A stretch of 64,000 nucleotides of DNA from Acidobacteriota bacterium (lineage in GTDB: Bacteria > Acidobacteriota > Thermoanaerobaculia > Gp7-AA8). Positions within the stretch are counted from its first letter, which is position 1; every line of letters begins with the position of its first letter. Below are positions 40,378 through 48,770 of this stretch, in pieces. A program made the translations under genes and the position numbers. The stretch spans positions 512,001 to 576,000 of the forward strand of contig JAFATB010000006.1 in NCBI GenBank assembly GCA_019244185.1, given 5' to 3'. The notes beneath the pieces are model-generated. The model did not search any database. It worked only from the letters and a program-made list of their open reading frames with translations, and was not told where the DNA came from.

Positions 40378-41022
40378 ATGCGGCGGCACATCTTCATCGG
40401 CGACATCCACGGTTGCCTCGACGAGGTGCACGACCTCCTCGCGAAGATCGGCGTCACCGACTCCGACCGCGTCGTCTCCCTCGGCGACCTGACGCGCAAG
40501 GGTCCCAAGGTCGCCGGCGTGATCGATCTCTGGATCGCGCGCGGCTACGACGCCGTGCTCGGCAACAACGACGTCAAGCTCACCGCGCGCGCGACGCTCG
40601 TGGCCAGTCCGCGCCGCATCAAGTTCCTCCGCCGCCTGCCGCTCCATCTCGACTTTCCGAAGCTCGGCGTCGTGGCCGTACACGGGGGCGTGCTGCCGAA
40701 CTCCCGTTCGTTCGACGCGTCGCTCGTGCCGCGCCATGCCGCGCTCTCGCTCCGCCACATCCGCCGCGACGGCTCCGGAAAGTGGTCCAGCGTTCCGAAG
40801 GAAAAACAGGCGGATTCCGATCCATTCTGGGCCGACGTCTGGGACGGCGATCGCCTCGTCGTCTACGGCCACACGCCGCGGCGCGAGCCGCGCGTGCACA
40901 AGCGCGCCCTCGGACTCGACACCGGCTGCGTCTACGGCGGCAAGCTCACCGCCGCCGTCTTCGCAGGGCCCGAACGCTGGACGCTCGTCAGCGTGCCCGC
41001 GCGCCGCAAGTACGCCGACTGA
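40378..41022 (+). CDS. calcineurin-like metallophosphoesterase (ApaH/PrpE-like)
   Basis: GDIHG, GDLTRKG, GNND, VHGG, YGHTP, GLDTGCVYGG. Confidence 0.88.
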   Translation: MRRHIFIGDIHGCLDEVHDLLAKIGVTDSDRVVSLGDLTRKGPKVAGVIDLWIARGYDAVLGNNDVKLTARATLVASPRRIKFLRRLPLHLDFPKLGVVAVHGGVLPNSRSFDASLVPRHAALSLRHIRRDGSGKWSSVPKEKQADSDPFWADVWDGDRLVVYGHTPRREPRVHKRALGLDTGCVYGGKLTAAVFAGPERWTLVSVPARRKYAD

Positions 41023-41034
41023 AGCATCGCGCGC

Positions 41035-43269
41035 TCAGTGCTGTTGCTGCTGCTTCTTCCGCTTCTTCGCCTTGCGGCGGAACGAGCCCGGCCTGCGGAT
41101 GATCTCGTCGTACGGTCCGAGCCGCACCGCCTCGGCACGCGCGATCTTGATGAACGCCTCCTGGCTGCGCAGCGGCTCGTCACCCGGCACGCGGCGGCGA
41201 TACGTGCCGTCCGGCTCGAGCGTCCAGCCCTTGACGTTGTCGCCGAGGGAGATCGGGAGGATTTGGGACTCGATGCGGTGCACGAGCTCGGGATCGAGAA
41301 TCGGGAACGTCAACTCGATGCGGCGGATGAAGTTGCGCGGCATCCAGTCGCCGCTCGACACGTAGACCTCGGACGCGCCGCCGTTCGCGAAGCGGAAGAT
41401 GCGCGCGTGCTCGAGGAAGCGGTCGATCACCGACGTCACCCGGATGTTCTCGCTGTAGCCGCGCAGTCCCGGCACGAGACAGCACGTGCCGCGCACGAGG
41501 AGATCGATCTGCACGCCGGCGCGGCTGGCGCGGTACAGCGCCTCGATCACCGTCGGATCGACGAGCGCGTTCATCTTCGCCACGATCGACGCGGGGCGTC
41601 CCGCCGACGCGTGCTCGATCTCGCGCTCGATCATGCGGATCGTCCACGCGAGGTACTCCATCGGCGAGACGATGAACCGCTTCGGCTGCAGCGCCGGCTT
41701 CTTCGACGCGATGAGCTCCTGCACGCCGGCGACGCTGAAGCCGGTCAGCAAATTCATGAGCTGCGCCGCGTCCGCGCCAAACTCCGCGTCGCACGTGAAG
41801 AGATCGATGTCCGTGTACAAACGTCCCGTGATGGCGTTGTAGTTGCCGGTCGACACGTGCAGATAGCGCCGCAGCGCGCGCCCTTCACGCCGCACGACGA
41901 GGCACAGCTTGCAGTGCGTCTTGATGCCGACCAGGCCGTACACGACCTGCACGCCGGCCTGCTCGAGATGCCGCGCCCACGTGATGTTCTTCTTCTCGTC
42001 GAAGCGCGCCTGCAGCTCCACGACCGCGGTGACTTCCTTGCCGCGCTCCGCCGCATTCGCGAGCGCCTCGACGATCGGTGAGCCGGGGTCGGTGCGGTAG
42101 AGCGTCTGCTTGATCGCCACCACGTCCGGATCCTCCGCCGCCGCCTGCACGAACTCCACGACCGCGGTGAACGAGTCGTACGGGCGGTGCAGCAGGATGT
42201 CGCCGCGGCGGATGATCGAGAAGATGTCTTCCGACGTCGCCAGCTCGGTCGGGATGCGCGGGTTGAACGGCGGCTCGAGCAGTGCGGGATCGGGATTCTC
42301 GCGATAGATCTGCATGAGATCGCGCAGCCGCAGCGGCCCGTTCGCGATGAACACGTCCTCGGCTTCGAGCCCAGTCGCCAACACGATGACGTTCGGCAGC
42401 GCTTCGAGCGAGTCGCTCTCGACTTCCAGCCACACCACTTCGCGGCGCTCGCGGCGGCGCAGTTCCGTCTCGACCGACTTCAACAGATCCTGGACGTCGT
42501 CTTCCTTGATCGCGAAATCGGAGTTGCGGATCACGCGGAACGGCACCGTGCGCCGCAGCCGCAATCCGGGGAAGAAGCGGATCGCGTGCGAGGCGATGAC
42601 GTCCTCGATCGGCACGTAACGGCGCGAGTCGCCGAGGCGCACGAAACGCGGGAGCGTCTCGGGGATGCGCAGGACGACGACGATCTGCGTGTCGCCGCGC
42701 TCCGATTCGAGGACCAGCGCGAGGTTCAGCGCGAGGTTCGCGAGCAGCGGAAACGGATGACCGGGATCGATGGCCAGCGGCGTGAGGATCGGCTCGAGCT
42801 CGCGCCCGAAGTACTCGCTCACGAACGCGAGATCTTTCTTGCCGAGTTCCGCGACGCGCTCGATACGGATGCCGGAGTTGCGCAGCTCGGGGAGGAGCTG
42901 CTCGTTGAGACACGCGTACATGCGGCCGAGGAGATCGCGGCAGTGCGTGCGCACGGCGTCGAGACGTTCGGCCGGCGCAACCGTCTCGTGCCGCACGTCG
43001 GCGGCGATGAGGTCGCGGATCTCGCCGACGCGGATCATGAAGAACTCGTCGAGGTTCGACGCGGAGATGCTGAGGAACTTGAGGCGCTCGAGCAGCGGCA
43101 CGGAGCTGCTCTTCGCTTCGGCGACGACGCGGCGGTTGAATTCGAGCCAGCTCAACTCGCGGTCGAACAGCGGCAGCGGCGGCGTGGGGGCGTTCTCGCG
43201 CGCGGCGCGCACCGCGTCCGCGGCCACTGCCGCAACGGCGGCTTTATTTCCTTCCGGCACAGCCGTCAT
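41035..43269 (-). CDS. ppk1: polyphosphate kinase 1
   Basis: RELSWLEFNRRV, NLDEFFMIRV, HPFP, LHRPYDSF, IKQTLYR, ARFDE, KTHCK, TGNYN, RFLEHARI. Confidence 0.96.
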   Translation of the reverse strand: MTAVPEGNKAAVAAVAADAVRAARENAPTPPLPLFDRELSWLEFNRRVVAEAKSSSVPLLERLKFLSISASNLDEFFMIRVGEIRDLIAADVRHETVAPAERLDAVRTHCRDLLGRMYACLNEQLLPELRNSGIRIERVAELGKKDLAFVSEYFGRELEPILTPLAIDPGHPFPLLANLALNLALVLESERGDTQIVVVLRIPETLPRFVRLGDSRRYVPIEDVIASHAIRFFPGLRLRRTVPFRVIRNSDFAIKEDDVQDLLKSVETELRRRERREVVWLEVESDSLEALPNVIVLATGLEAEDVFIANGPLRLRDLMQIYRENPDPALLEPPFNPRIPTELATSEDIFSIIRRGDILLHRPYDSFTAVVEFVQAAAEDPDVVAIKQTLYRTDPGSPIVEALANAAERGKEVTAVVELQARFDEKKNITWARHLEQAGVQVVYGLVGIKTHCKLCLVVRREGRALRRYLHVSTGNYNAITGRLYTDIDLFTCDAEFGADAAQLMNLLTGFSVAGVQELIASKKPALQPKRFIVSPMEYLAWTIRMIEREIEHASAGRPASIVAKMNALVDPTVIEALYRASRAGVQIDLLVRGTCCLVPGLRGYSENIRVTSVIDRFLEHARIFRFANGGASEVYVSSGDWMPRNFIRRIELTFPILDPELVHRIESQILPISLGDNVKGWTLEPDGTYRRRVPGDEPLRSQEAFIKIARAEAVRLGPYDEIIRRPGSFRRKAKKRKKQQQQH

Positions 43270-43401
43270 CCCTCGCATTATGGCCCACGGCGCGTACAGC
43301 GCGTGTAAAGCGGACCTGGAGCGCGTGTCATTTCGGAATGCATGCCGATCTTTCGGTTCCCTTAACGACCTTGCGCCGCGATTCGTGTTATCGGTGTACG
43401 G

Positions 43402-44889
43402 ATGACTTCGCGCCGCATGCTCGCAGGCATCGCGCCGTGGCTGCTCGCCCTCGGCGGCACGGCGCTCGTGACGGCCGCCGGCCGCGCGATGGACGTCAAC
43501 GCGAACGCCGCCGGCTTCGCGTTCCTCATCGTCGTGCTCGTGGCTTCAGTCCGCGGCAGTCTCCTCGGCGGCATGGTCGCCTCGATCGCGGCGACGCTCT
43601 GCTACAACTACTTCTTCTTCCCGCCGCTCTACACGTTCACGATTCACGAGGCGGCGAACTGGGTCGCGCTCGCGGCGTTCCTCGTGACGTCGGTGACGGT
43701 GAGCCGGCTCGTCATCGCCGCGCGCGTGCAGGCCGAGCGCGCCGAGCAACGGCGCAACGAGGTCGCGACGCTGTACGGCCTCAGCGTCGAGCTCTTCACG
43801 GCGACCAATCGCGTCGGCGCGCTCGGCGAAGCGGCCGGCCGCGCGCTCTCGCTCTTCGGCGCGCGCGAGGGCGGGCTCGTGCTGTTCGAAGGCACGCCGT
43901 ACCGTCAGAACGTCATCTGGTGGCTCGGCGACAAACCGGACGAGATGGAAGACCTCATCGCCGGCGTGGGCCGTCATCAGGAGCCGCTCGAGTTTCCCTC
44001 GCCCCTCGGCCGCGACGTGCATCTTCCGCTGCTCGTCGGCGGCAAGACCGCCGGCGCGCTCGTCGCGCGCGGCACGGAAGCGTCGCTCCCCGCGCTCGTC
44101 TCCGCCGCGCGTCTCGTCGCACTCGCCGTCGAACGCGAGCGCTTCATCGAAGAGCACGCGCACATCGAGGCGCTGCGCGAGAGCGAAACGCTGAAAACCT
44201 CGCTCCTGCGCGCGATCTCGCACGACCTCACGACGCCGCTGACCGCGATCACGATTCAGACGGAGGGGCTGCGAAGGCGCGCGGCGAACGACGCGGAGCT
44301 GCGCGTGGCGGTGGCGGGGATCTCTGACGAGACCGCGCGCCTGCACCGCCGCATCGACAACCTCCTCGCGATGGCGCGCCTCGAAGCCGGCAAGTCGCGC
44401 CCGCGCCGCGAGCCGACGCCGCCCGCGGACCTCTTCCACGCCGTTCGCGAGAACCTGCCGCTCGTCTTTCAATCGCGTCCCGTGACGATCCGCGTCGACG
44501 ATGACTGTCCCGACGCGAACGTCGATCCCGCGCTCGCGCTGGAGATCCTCGTGAATCTCATCGAAAATGCACACCGCGTCTCGCCGCCCGACGCGCCGCT
44601 CGAGCTGACCGCGCGGACGCATCCGCTCGATCGCGCGATGGTGCGCATCGAGGTGCTCGACCGCGGCCCCGGCGTCCCCGCCGGACTCGCCGACGCGGAC
44701 GGCAACCTCGTCGCCGGTGCCACGAGCGACGTCGCGCAACGCGGACTCGGACTCGAGATCGCCCGCAGCCTCGCCGCCGCGAATGGAGGCAGCATCGGCA
44801 TCGCCCCGCGGGCGGGCGGAGGGGCGGTGGCGCGGCTGGACGTGCCGTCCGCGCCGCTGCCGGTGGTGGCGGAGGAAGAAGCGTCATGA
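43402..44889 (+). CDS. kdpD: KdpD-like membrane sensor kinase lacking the N-terminal KdpD/Usp domains
   Basis: 4-TM DUF4118 (YNYFFFPPLYTFTI), GAF-like region, ISHDLTTPL, NLIENA, DRGPGV, GLGL. Confidence 0.8.
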   Translation: MTSRRMLAGIAPWLLALGGTALVTAAGRAMDVNANAAGFAFLIVVLVASVRGSLLGGMVASIAATLCYNYFFFPPLYTFTIHEAANWVALAAFLVTSVTVSRLVIAARVQAERAEQRRNEVATLYGLSVELFTATNRVGALGEAAGRALSLFGAREGGLVLFEGTPYRQNVIWWLGDKPDEMEDLIAGVGRHQEPLEFPSPLGRDVHLPLLVGGKTAGALVARGTEASLPALVSAARLVALAVERERFIEEHAHIEALRESETLKTSLLRAISHDLTTPLTAITIQTEGLRRRAANDAELRVAVAGISDETARLHRRIDNLLAMARLEAGKSRPRREPTPPADLFHAVRENLPLVFQSRPVTIRVDDDCPDANVDPALALEILVNLIENAHRVSPPDAPLELTARTHPLDRAMVRIEVLDRGPGVPAGLADADGNLVAGATSDVAQRGLGLEIARSLAAANGGSIGIAPRAGGGAVARLDVPSAPLPVVAEEEAS

Positions 44890-45572
44890 CTCTCGCGCCT
44901 CTCGTCCTCGTCGTCGACGACGACCCATCCATCCGCCAGTCGCTCCAGCGCGAGCTGCACGAGCGCGGCTACACGACCGTCGCGGGAAGCGACGGGCTCG
45001 AAGGCATTCGGGCGTTCGACACGCATGCGCCCGATCTCGTGCTCACCGATCTCTCCATGCCGCGCGCCGACGGCTTCGCGCTCATCAGCGCGATCCGCGC
45101 GAAGGCGCGCACGCCGGTCATCGTGCTCTCCGTGCGCGGCGAGGACGCGGACAAGATCCGCGCGCTCGATCTCGGCGCGGATGATTTCGTGACGAAGCCC
45201 TTCTCCGTCGCCGAATTGCTCGCACGCGTCCGCGCGCAGCTGCGACGCACCGCCGCCGCGGCGAAGACGCTCGCGTTCGACGGCCTCTCCATCGATTTGG
45301 AACGCCGTCGCGTCGTGCAGCACGAGCGCGAGATTCACCTCACGCCCACCGAGTACTCGCTGCTCGAGCTGCTGGCGACGAACGCGGGACGCCCGCTCTT
45401 CACCGACCACATCATCGGCCGCATCTGGCACGACGCGCCCGGCACGACTGCCGACACGGTGCGCGTGCACATGAGCTCTCTGCGCAAGAAGATCGAGCCC
45501 GATCCGTCGTCGCCGCGCTACATCGTGACCGAGCCGTGGGTCGGCTACCGCTTCATCGCCGAGCCGGTGTAG
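44886..45572 (+). CDS. kdpE: KdpE response regulator
   Basis: REC domain plus wHTH; LRKKIEPDPSSPRYIVTEPWVGYRF is a KdpE-type C-terminus. Confidence 0.87.
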   Translation: MTLAPLVLVVDDDPSIRQSLQRELHERGYTTVAGSDGLEGIRAFDTHAPDLVLTDLSMPRADGFALISAIRAKARTPVIVLSVRGEDADKIRALDLGADDFVTKPFSVAELLARVRAQLRRTAAAAKTLAFDGLSIDLERRRVVQHEREIHLTPTEYSLLELLATNAGRPLFTDHIIGRIWHDAPGTTADTVRVHMSSLRKKIEPDPSSPRYIVTEPWVGYRFIAEPV

Positions 45573-45622
45573 GCGTCCCCACGCCTAGGCACGATCCGGC
45601 GAGAGCGCGGCCGGCATCGGAC

Positions 45623-45781
45623 CTCATTCTCATTCTGCGTTCTGCGTTCTGCGTTCTTCCTTCGCTTTTCCTCGTACCGACACCTCCCATCCACGCGGCG
45701 GCGCGCGAGTGCGAGTCGAGGCTCAGTCGGCGCGCACGGGCCGGAATGAAGAACGCAGAACGCAGAATGAAGAATTGAGAA
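45623..45781. repeat. heptamer-based inverted repeat element
   Basis: Left arm (TTCTGCG)n/TTCTCAT at 45623-45663 is complementary to right arm GAATGAAGAACGCAGAACGCAGAATGAAGAATTGAGA at 45744-45781. Confidence 0.8.
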
Positions 45782-45860
45782 GCCCGCCCTGAAGAGACGC
45801 CGCGCCTCGGTGCTCCTCCAATCCTTCATTCCCGCATGCACACCACGCGTTCGGGTCTTT

Positions 45861-46133
45861 TCAATAGTGATAACGCGCCTGGAGAAAGTCGATGCGATCG
45901 TTTGTGACGAGATACACGATGCGGTGCTCCTGCGTCAGCCGTCGCGACCATGTGCCCGACGCGAGGTACTTCAGTGGTTCCGGTTTGCCGATGCCGGTGA
46001 AAGGCTCGCGAAGAACGGCCTCGACGATTTCCAGAGCGCGCAACGCCACTCTGCGGTCGGTCTCGACCCAATAGCGGAGGTCCTCGCGGAACTCGGACTG
46101 GAACACCGCCACGCGAGTGCGCTTCGCCGCCAC
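45861..46133 (-). CDS. yoeB: Txe/YoeB family toxin
   Basis: EDLRYW, PFTGIGKPEPLKY, WSRRLTQEHRIVY, QARYHY. Confidence 0.95.
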   Translation of the reverse strand: MAAKRTRVAVFQSEFREDLRYWVETDRRVALRALEIVEAVLREPFTGIGKPEPLKYLASGTWSRRLTQEHRIVYLVTNDRIDFLQARYHY

Positions 46134-46136
46134 CGG

Positions 46137-46424
46137 TTACTCTGCAGCGTCAAGACCCAAGTCTGCGCGGAGCTTCTCGAGAGCGTCGGCCCGCCCCCCT
46201 CCGGCCTGGGCACGGCGAAGGGCCGCGAGAAGCCGTTGGGCATTCCTGGGAGATCTGAGGAGATGGGCGGTCTCGATCAATCCGCGCAGCTCGTCAGCCG
46301 CGATGAGCGCCACGTCTGCGCCTTCGCGACGATGAATGATGACCTGCTCGCGGTTCTCCGCGACCTCGTCAAGCAGTGTCTTCAGGTTCGCTCGCGCTTG
46401 GGTGTAAGTGGTTTCGATCGCCAT
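46137..46424 (-). CDS. yefM: Phd/YefM family antitoxin
   Basis: TYTQARANLKTLLDEV, ETAHLLRSPRNAQRL; directly upstream of the toxin. Confidence 0.93.
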   Translation of the reverse strand: MAIETTYTQARANLKTLLDEVAENREQVIIHRREGADVALIAADELRGLIETAHLLRSPRNAQRLLAALRRAQAGGGRADALEKLRADLGLDAAE

Positions 46425-46442
46425 GTCGATTCTCTCGCTCAC

Positions 46443-46462
46443 CTGTACAGGCGGACTGTACG
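46443..46462. promoter_or_regulatory. YefM-type operator
   Basis: CTGTACAG palindrome and a second TGTACG 13 bp away; TGTACA is the core of the E. coli yefM-yoeB operator. Confidence 0.65.
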
Positions 46463-46537
46463 CCATATTCCGGTTGCACACAATTGGAGGTCGCCACGTT
46501 GTCCGCTTGACATGCGCATTCACACCACGCATTCGGC

Positions 46538-46915
46538 TTCACGCGACGCATTCCGGCTTTTACGCGTCCAATTCCCGGATTCATCCGACGCGTTCTGGTT
46601 TTCGCGCGTCCAATTCCCGGATTCACGCGACGCGTTCTGGTTTTCATGCGACCGATTCCGACTTTCACGCGTCGCGTTCTGGCTTTCACGCGTCCAATTC
46701 CCGGATTCACGCGACGCGTTCTGGTTTTCACGCGACGCGTTCTGGTTTTCACGCGACCGATTCCGGCTTTCATGCGTCGCGTTCTGGTTTTCATGCGTCG
46801 CGTTCTGGCTTTCACGCGTCGCGTTCTGGCTTTCACGCGACCGGTTCTGGTTTTCATGCGACTGATTCCGGCTTTCATGCGTCGCGTTCTGGCTTTCACG
46901 CGACCGATTCCCGCC
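46538..46915. repeat. 21-bp tandem repeat array, 18 units
   Basis: Consensus TTCA(C/T)GCG(A/T) plus one of CGCGTTCTGG(T/C)T, CCGATTCCGGCT or CCAATTCCCGGA; exact 21-bp register with no spacers. Confidence 0.92.
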
Positions 46916-47156
46916 TCGCCGCCCCCGCGTGACAGGAGGATGCGGCCTCGGCCCGGCCGCGCTCAGCTGCGCGGCGCCACGCGATGAGAAGTCCATGCAT
47001 GGCAGCGATGTGACGGCGCCGTGTCAGCTGCAGCCCGGCGCCGCTTCGCATCTTCACGATTTCTTCCGAAACCATTTCGCGTTTCCGCGCGCGATCCTTC
47101 GCATTCCTTAGCGACCGCGCGGCGACGCCGCTGTTGCGATGAGTCAGGAGGCCGCC

Positions 47157-47576
47157 ATGACGACCCTGACTCACGCACCGGTACCGTTCGCGGACGTCCG
47201 CCATCACCCGCTCACGACCGCCGGGCTCGTGCTGCTCTTCTGGCTTTTCGCGGCGATGCTCGCCGCGACGTGTCATCGCCTGCTCGACGCGCGCTCGCTC
47301 TCCGGCAGCGCCGTCGCGACGATCTTCGCGGTGGCCGGCGTCGCGTACGCGTACACGCGACTCTGCGCGCGCTGCGCCGGCATCGCGCACGCGCTCGGCG
47401 TCGGCAGCGCGTGGCTCGTGCTGGCCATCGCCGCCGAGCTCGCGATCACGAGCCGCACCGGCCACGGCTGGTACGCGCTCCTCGGCACGCCCGCGCATCC
47501 ACTGCTGCGCAACGTCTTTCTCTTCTTATGGGTCTTCGCGCCGGCGCTGTTCGCGGGACGGGAGCGCGACGCATGA
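47157..47576 (+). CDS. hypothetical 4-TM membrane protein, first gene of the kdp operon
   Basis: SD AGGAGG; four hydrophobic segments; ATGA overlap with the porin gene. Confidence 0.7.
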   Translation: MTTLTHAPVPFADVRHHPLTTAGLVLLFWLFAAMLAATCHRLLDARSLSGSAVATIFAVAGVAYAYTRLCARCAGIAHALGVGSAWLVLAIAAELAITSRTGHGWYALLGTPAHPLLRNVFLFLWVFAPALFAGRERDA

Positions 47577-48601
47577 AACGTCTCGCCTTTCTGCTGTTCG
47601 CGTGCTGCGCCGCGTTGCGAGCGCACGCCGAAGACGCGCCCACGTTCTCCGGATTCGTCGACGTCGCGGCGGTCTACAACGCCAACGCGCCGGCGAGTCA
47701 CGAGAACTTCATCCCCGGCACCGGGACTTCGGCGAAGCGGGCGAACGAGCTCGCGCTCAACCTCGCCGAACTGCAGTGGACGCGCGCGGTGAGCGCCGAG
47801 CAGCCGGTCGGCTTCACGCTCTCGGTCGTCGCCGGCGACGGGGAAACCGTCGTGCACGGCAGCGACTCGCTGCGCTACGTCTACCAGGCGTCGGTCGCAT
47901 ACCGGCTGCCGGACGGCGTCGTGCTCGAAGCGGGCGTCTATCCGTCGCACATCGGCTTCGAGAGCCTCTTCTCGAAAGACAACTGGAACTACACGCGCTC
48001 GTGGCTCGGCGAGCTCTCGCCGTATTACCAGACCGGAATCAAAGCGAGCTACGCGTTCAACGCGCACTGGTCGGCGCAGCTGCACGTGCTCAACGGCTGG
48101 CAGCTCGTGCACGACAACAACGACGCGCGCGCGTTCGGGACGCAGCTCGCGTACACGAGCGACCGCCTGACCGCGTCGCTGAACACGTTCATCGGTCCCG
48201 AGCTCGCGGATGACAACAAATCACTGCGCACGCTCGGGGACGTCGTCGCCATCTATCGACTGACACCGCGACTCCAACTCGGCGGCTCGTACGACCGCGG
48301 CTCGCAGCAGCTGCCTGAGACGCGGGCCGCGCGCTGGCGAGGGCTCGCCATGTATGCGCGCTACACGCTGAATGCGCGTCACGCATTCGCACTGCGCGCG
48401 GAGCAATTCCGCGACGACGAAGGCGCGATCAGCGGAACGGGACAGACGCTGCGCGAAGCGACGCTGACGTGGGAAATGCGTCCACGCGACGCGCTCGTGC
48501 TCAAGCTCGAAACGCGCTACGACGATTCGAACACGCGCGTCTTCGCCGAGGACGCACGTGGCCGGTTCCTCGCGCTCATCGGCGCGGTGGTGACCTTCTG
48601 A
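47573..48601 (+). CDS. outer membrane beta-barrel porin (BBP2/DUF1597-like), kdp-associated
   Basis: Signal peptide; SHIGFES..KDNWNYTRS, PYYQTG, NGWQ, RAEQFRD, C-terminal F. Confidence 0.8.
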   Translation: MKRLAFLLFACCAALRAHAEDAPTFSGFVDVAAVYNANAPASHENFIPGTGTSAKRANELALNLAELQWTRAVSAEQPVGFTLSVVAGDGETVVHGSDSLRYVYQASVAYRLPDGVVLEAGVYPSHIGFESLFSKDNWNYTRSWLGELSPYYQTGIKASYAFNAHWSAQLHVLNGWQLVHDNNDARAFGTQLAYTSDRLTASLNTFIGPELADDNKSLRTLGDVVAIYRLTPRLQLGGSYDRGSQQLPETRAARWRGLAMYARYTLNARHAFALRAEQFRDDEGAISGTGQTLREATLTWEMRPRDALVLKLETRYDDSNTRVFAEDARGRFLALIGAVVTF

Positions 48602-48684
48602 TGCTCGACCTTCTCTTTCTCGCGCTGACCCTCGCGCTCTTCGCCGTCGCCGCGGCGTACGTGCGCGCCTGTGAACACCTATGA
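48601..48684 (+). CDS. 27-aa membrane micropeptide upstream of kdpF
   Basis: [27 protein letters not shown]; start and stop both overlap the neighbouring genes. Confidence 0.75.
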   Translation: MLDLLFLALTLALFAVAAAYVRACEHL

Positions 48685-48770
48685 ACTTCGAATCGCTCGC
48701 CGGACTCCTGCTCGCACTCGCCGCACTCGTCTATCTCCTCTTCGCGCTGCTGAAACCGGAGAAGCTGTGA
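48681..48770 (+). CDS. kdpF: K+-transporting ATPase subunit F
   Basis: [29 protein letters not shown] with the YLxxALxxPEx signature; absent from the ORF track. Confidence 0.9.
   Translation: MNFESLAGLLLALAALVYLLFALLKPEKL

Larger units (their letters stand above)
45833..46536. mobile_element. toxin-antitoxin cassette bounded by 22-bp direct repeats
   Basis: CGCATGCACACCACGCGTTCGG (45833-45854) and CGCATTCACACCACGCATTCGG (46515-46536), 20/22 identical; no recombinase inside. Confidence 0.5.

Noticed and set aside
45810-46865. 351-aa plus-strand ORF across the TA module and array
   Set aside because: Antisense to the clear yoeB and yefM genes; its C-terminus is only the translated repeat
46538-46915. 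CRISPR array or type III TA antitoxin repeats
   Set aside because: Units are contiguous with no unique spacers, no cas genes are present, and the adjacent TA is a type II protein pair
46916-47156. c-di-AMP (ydaO) riboswitch upstream of the kdp operon
   Set aside because: No recognisable ydaO consensus by eye; an Infernal search would settle it
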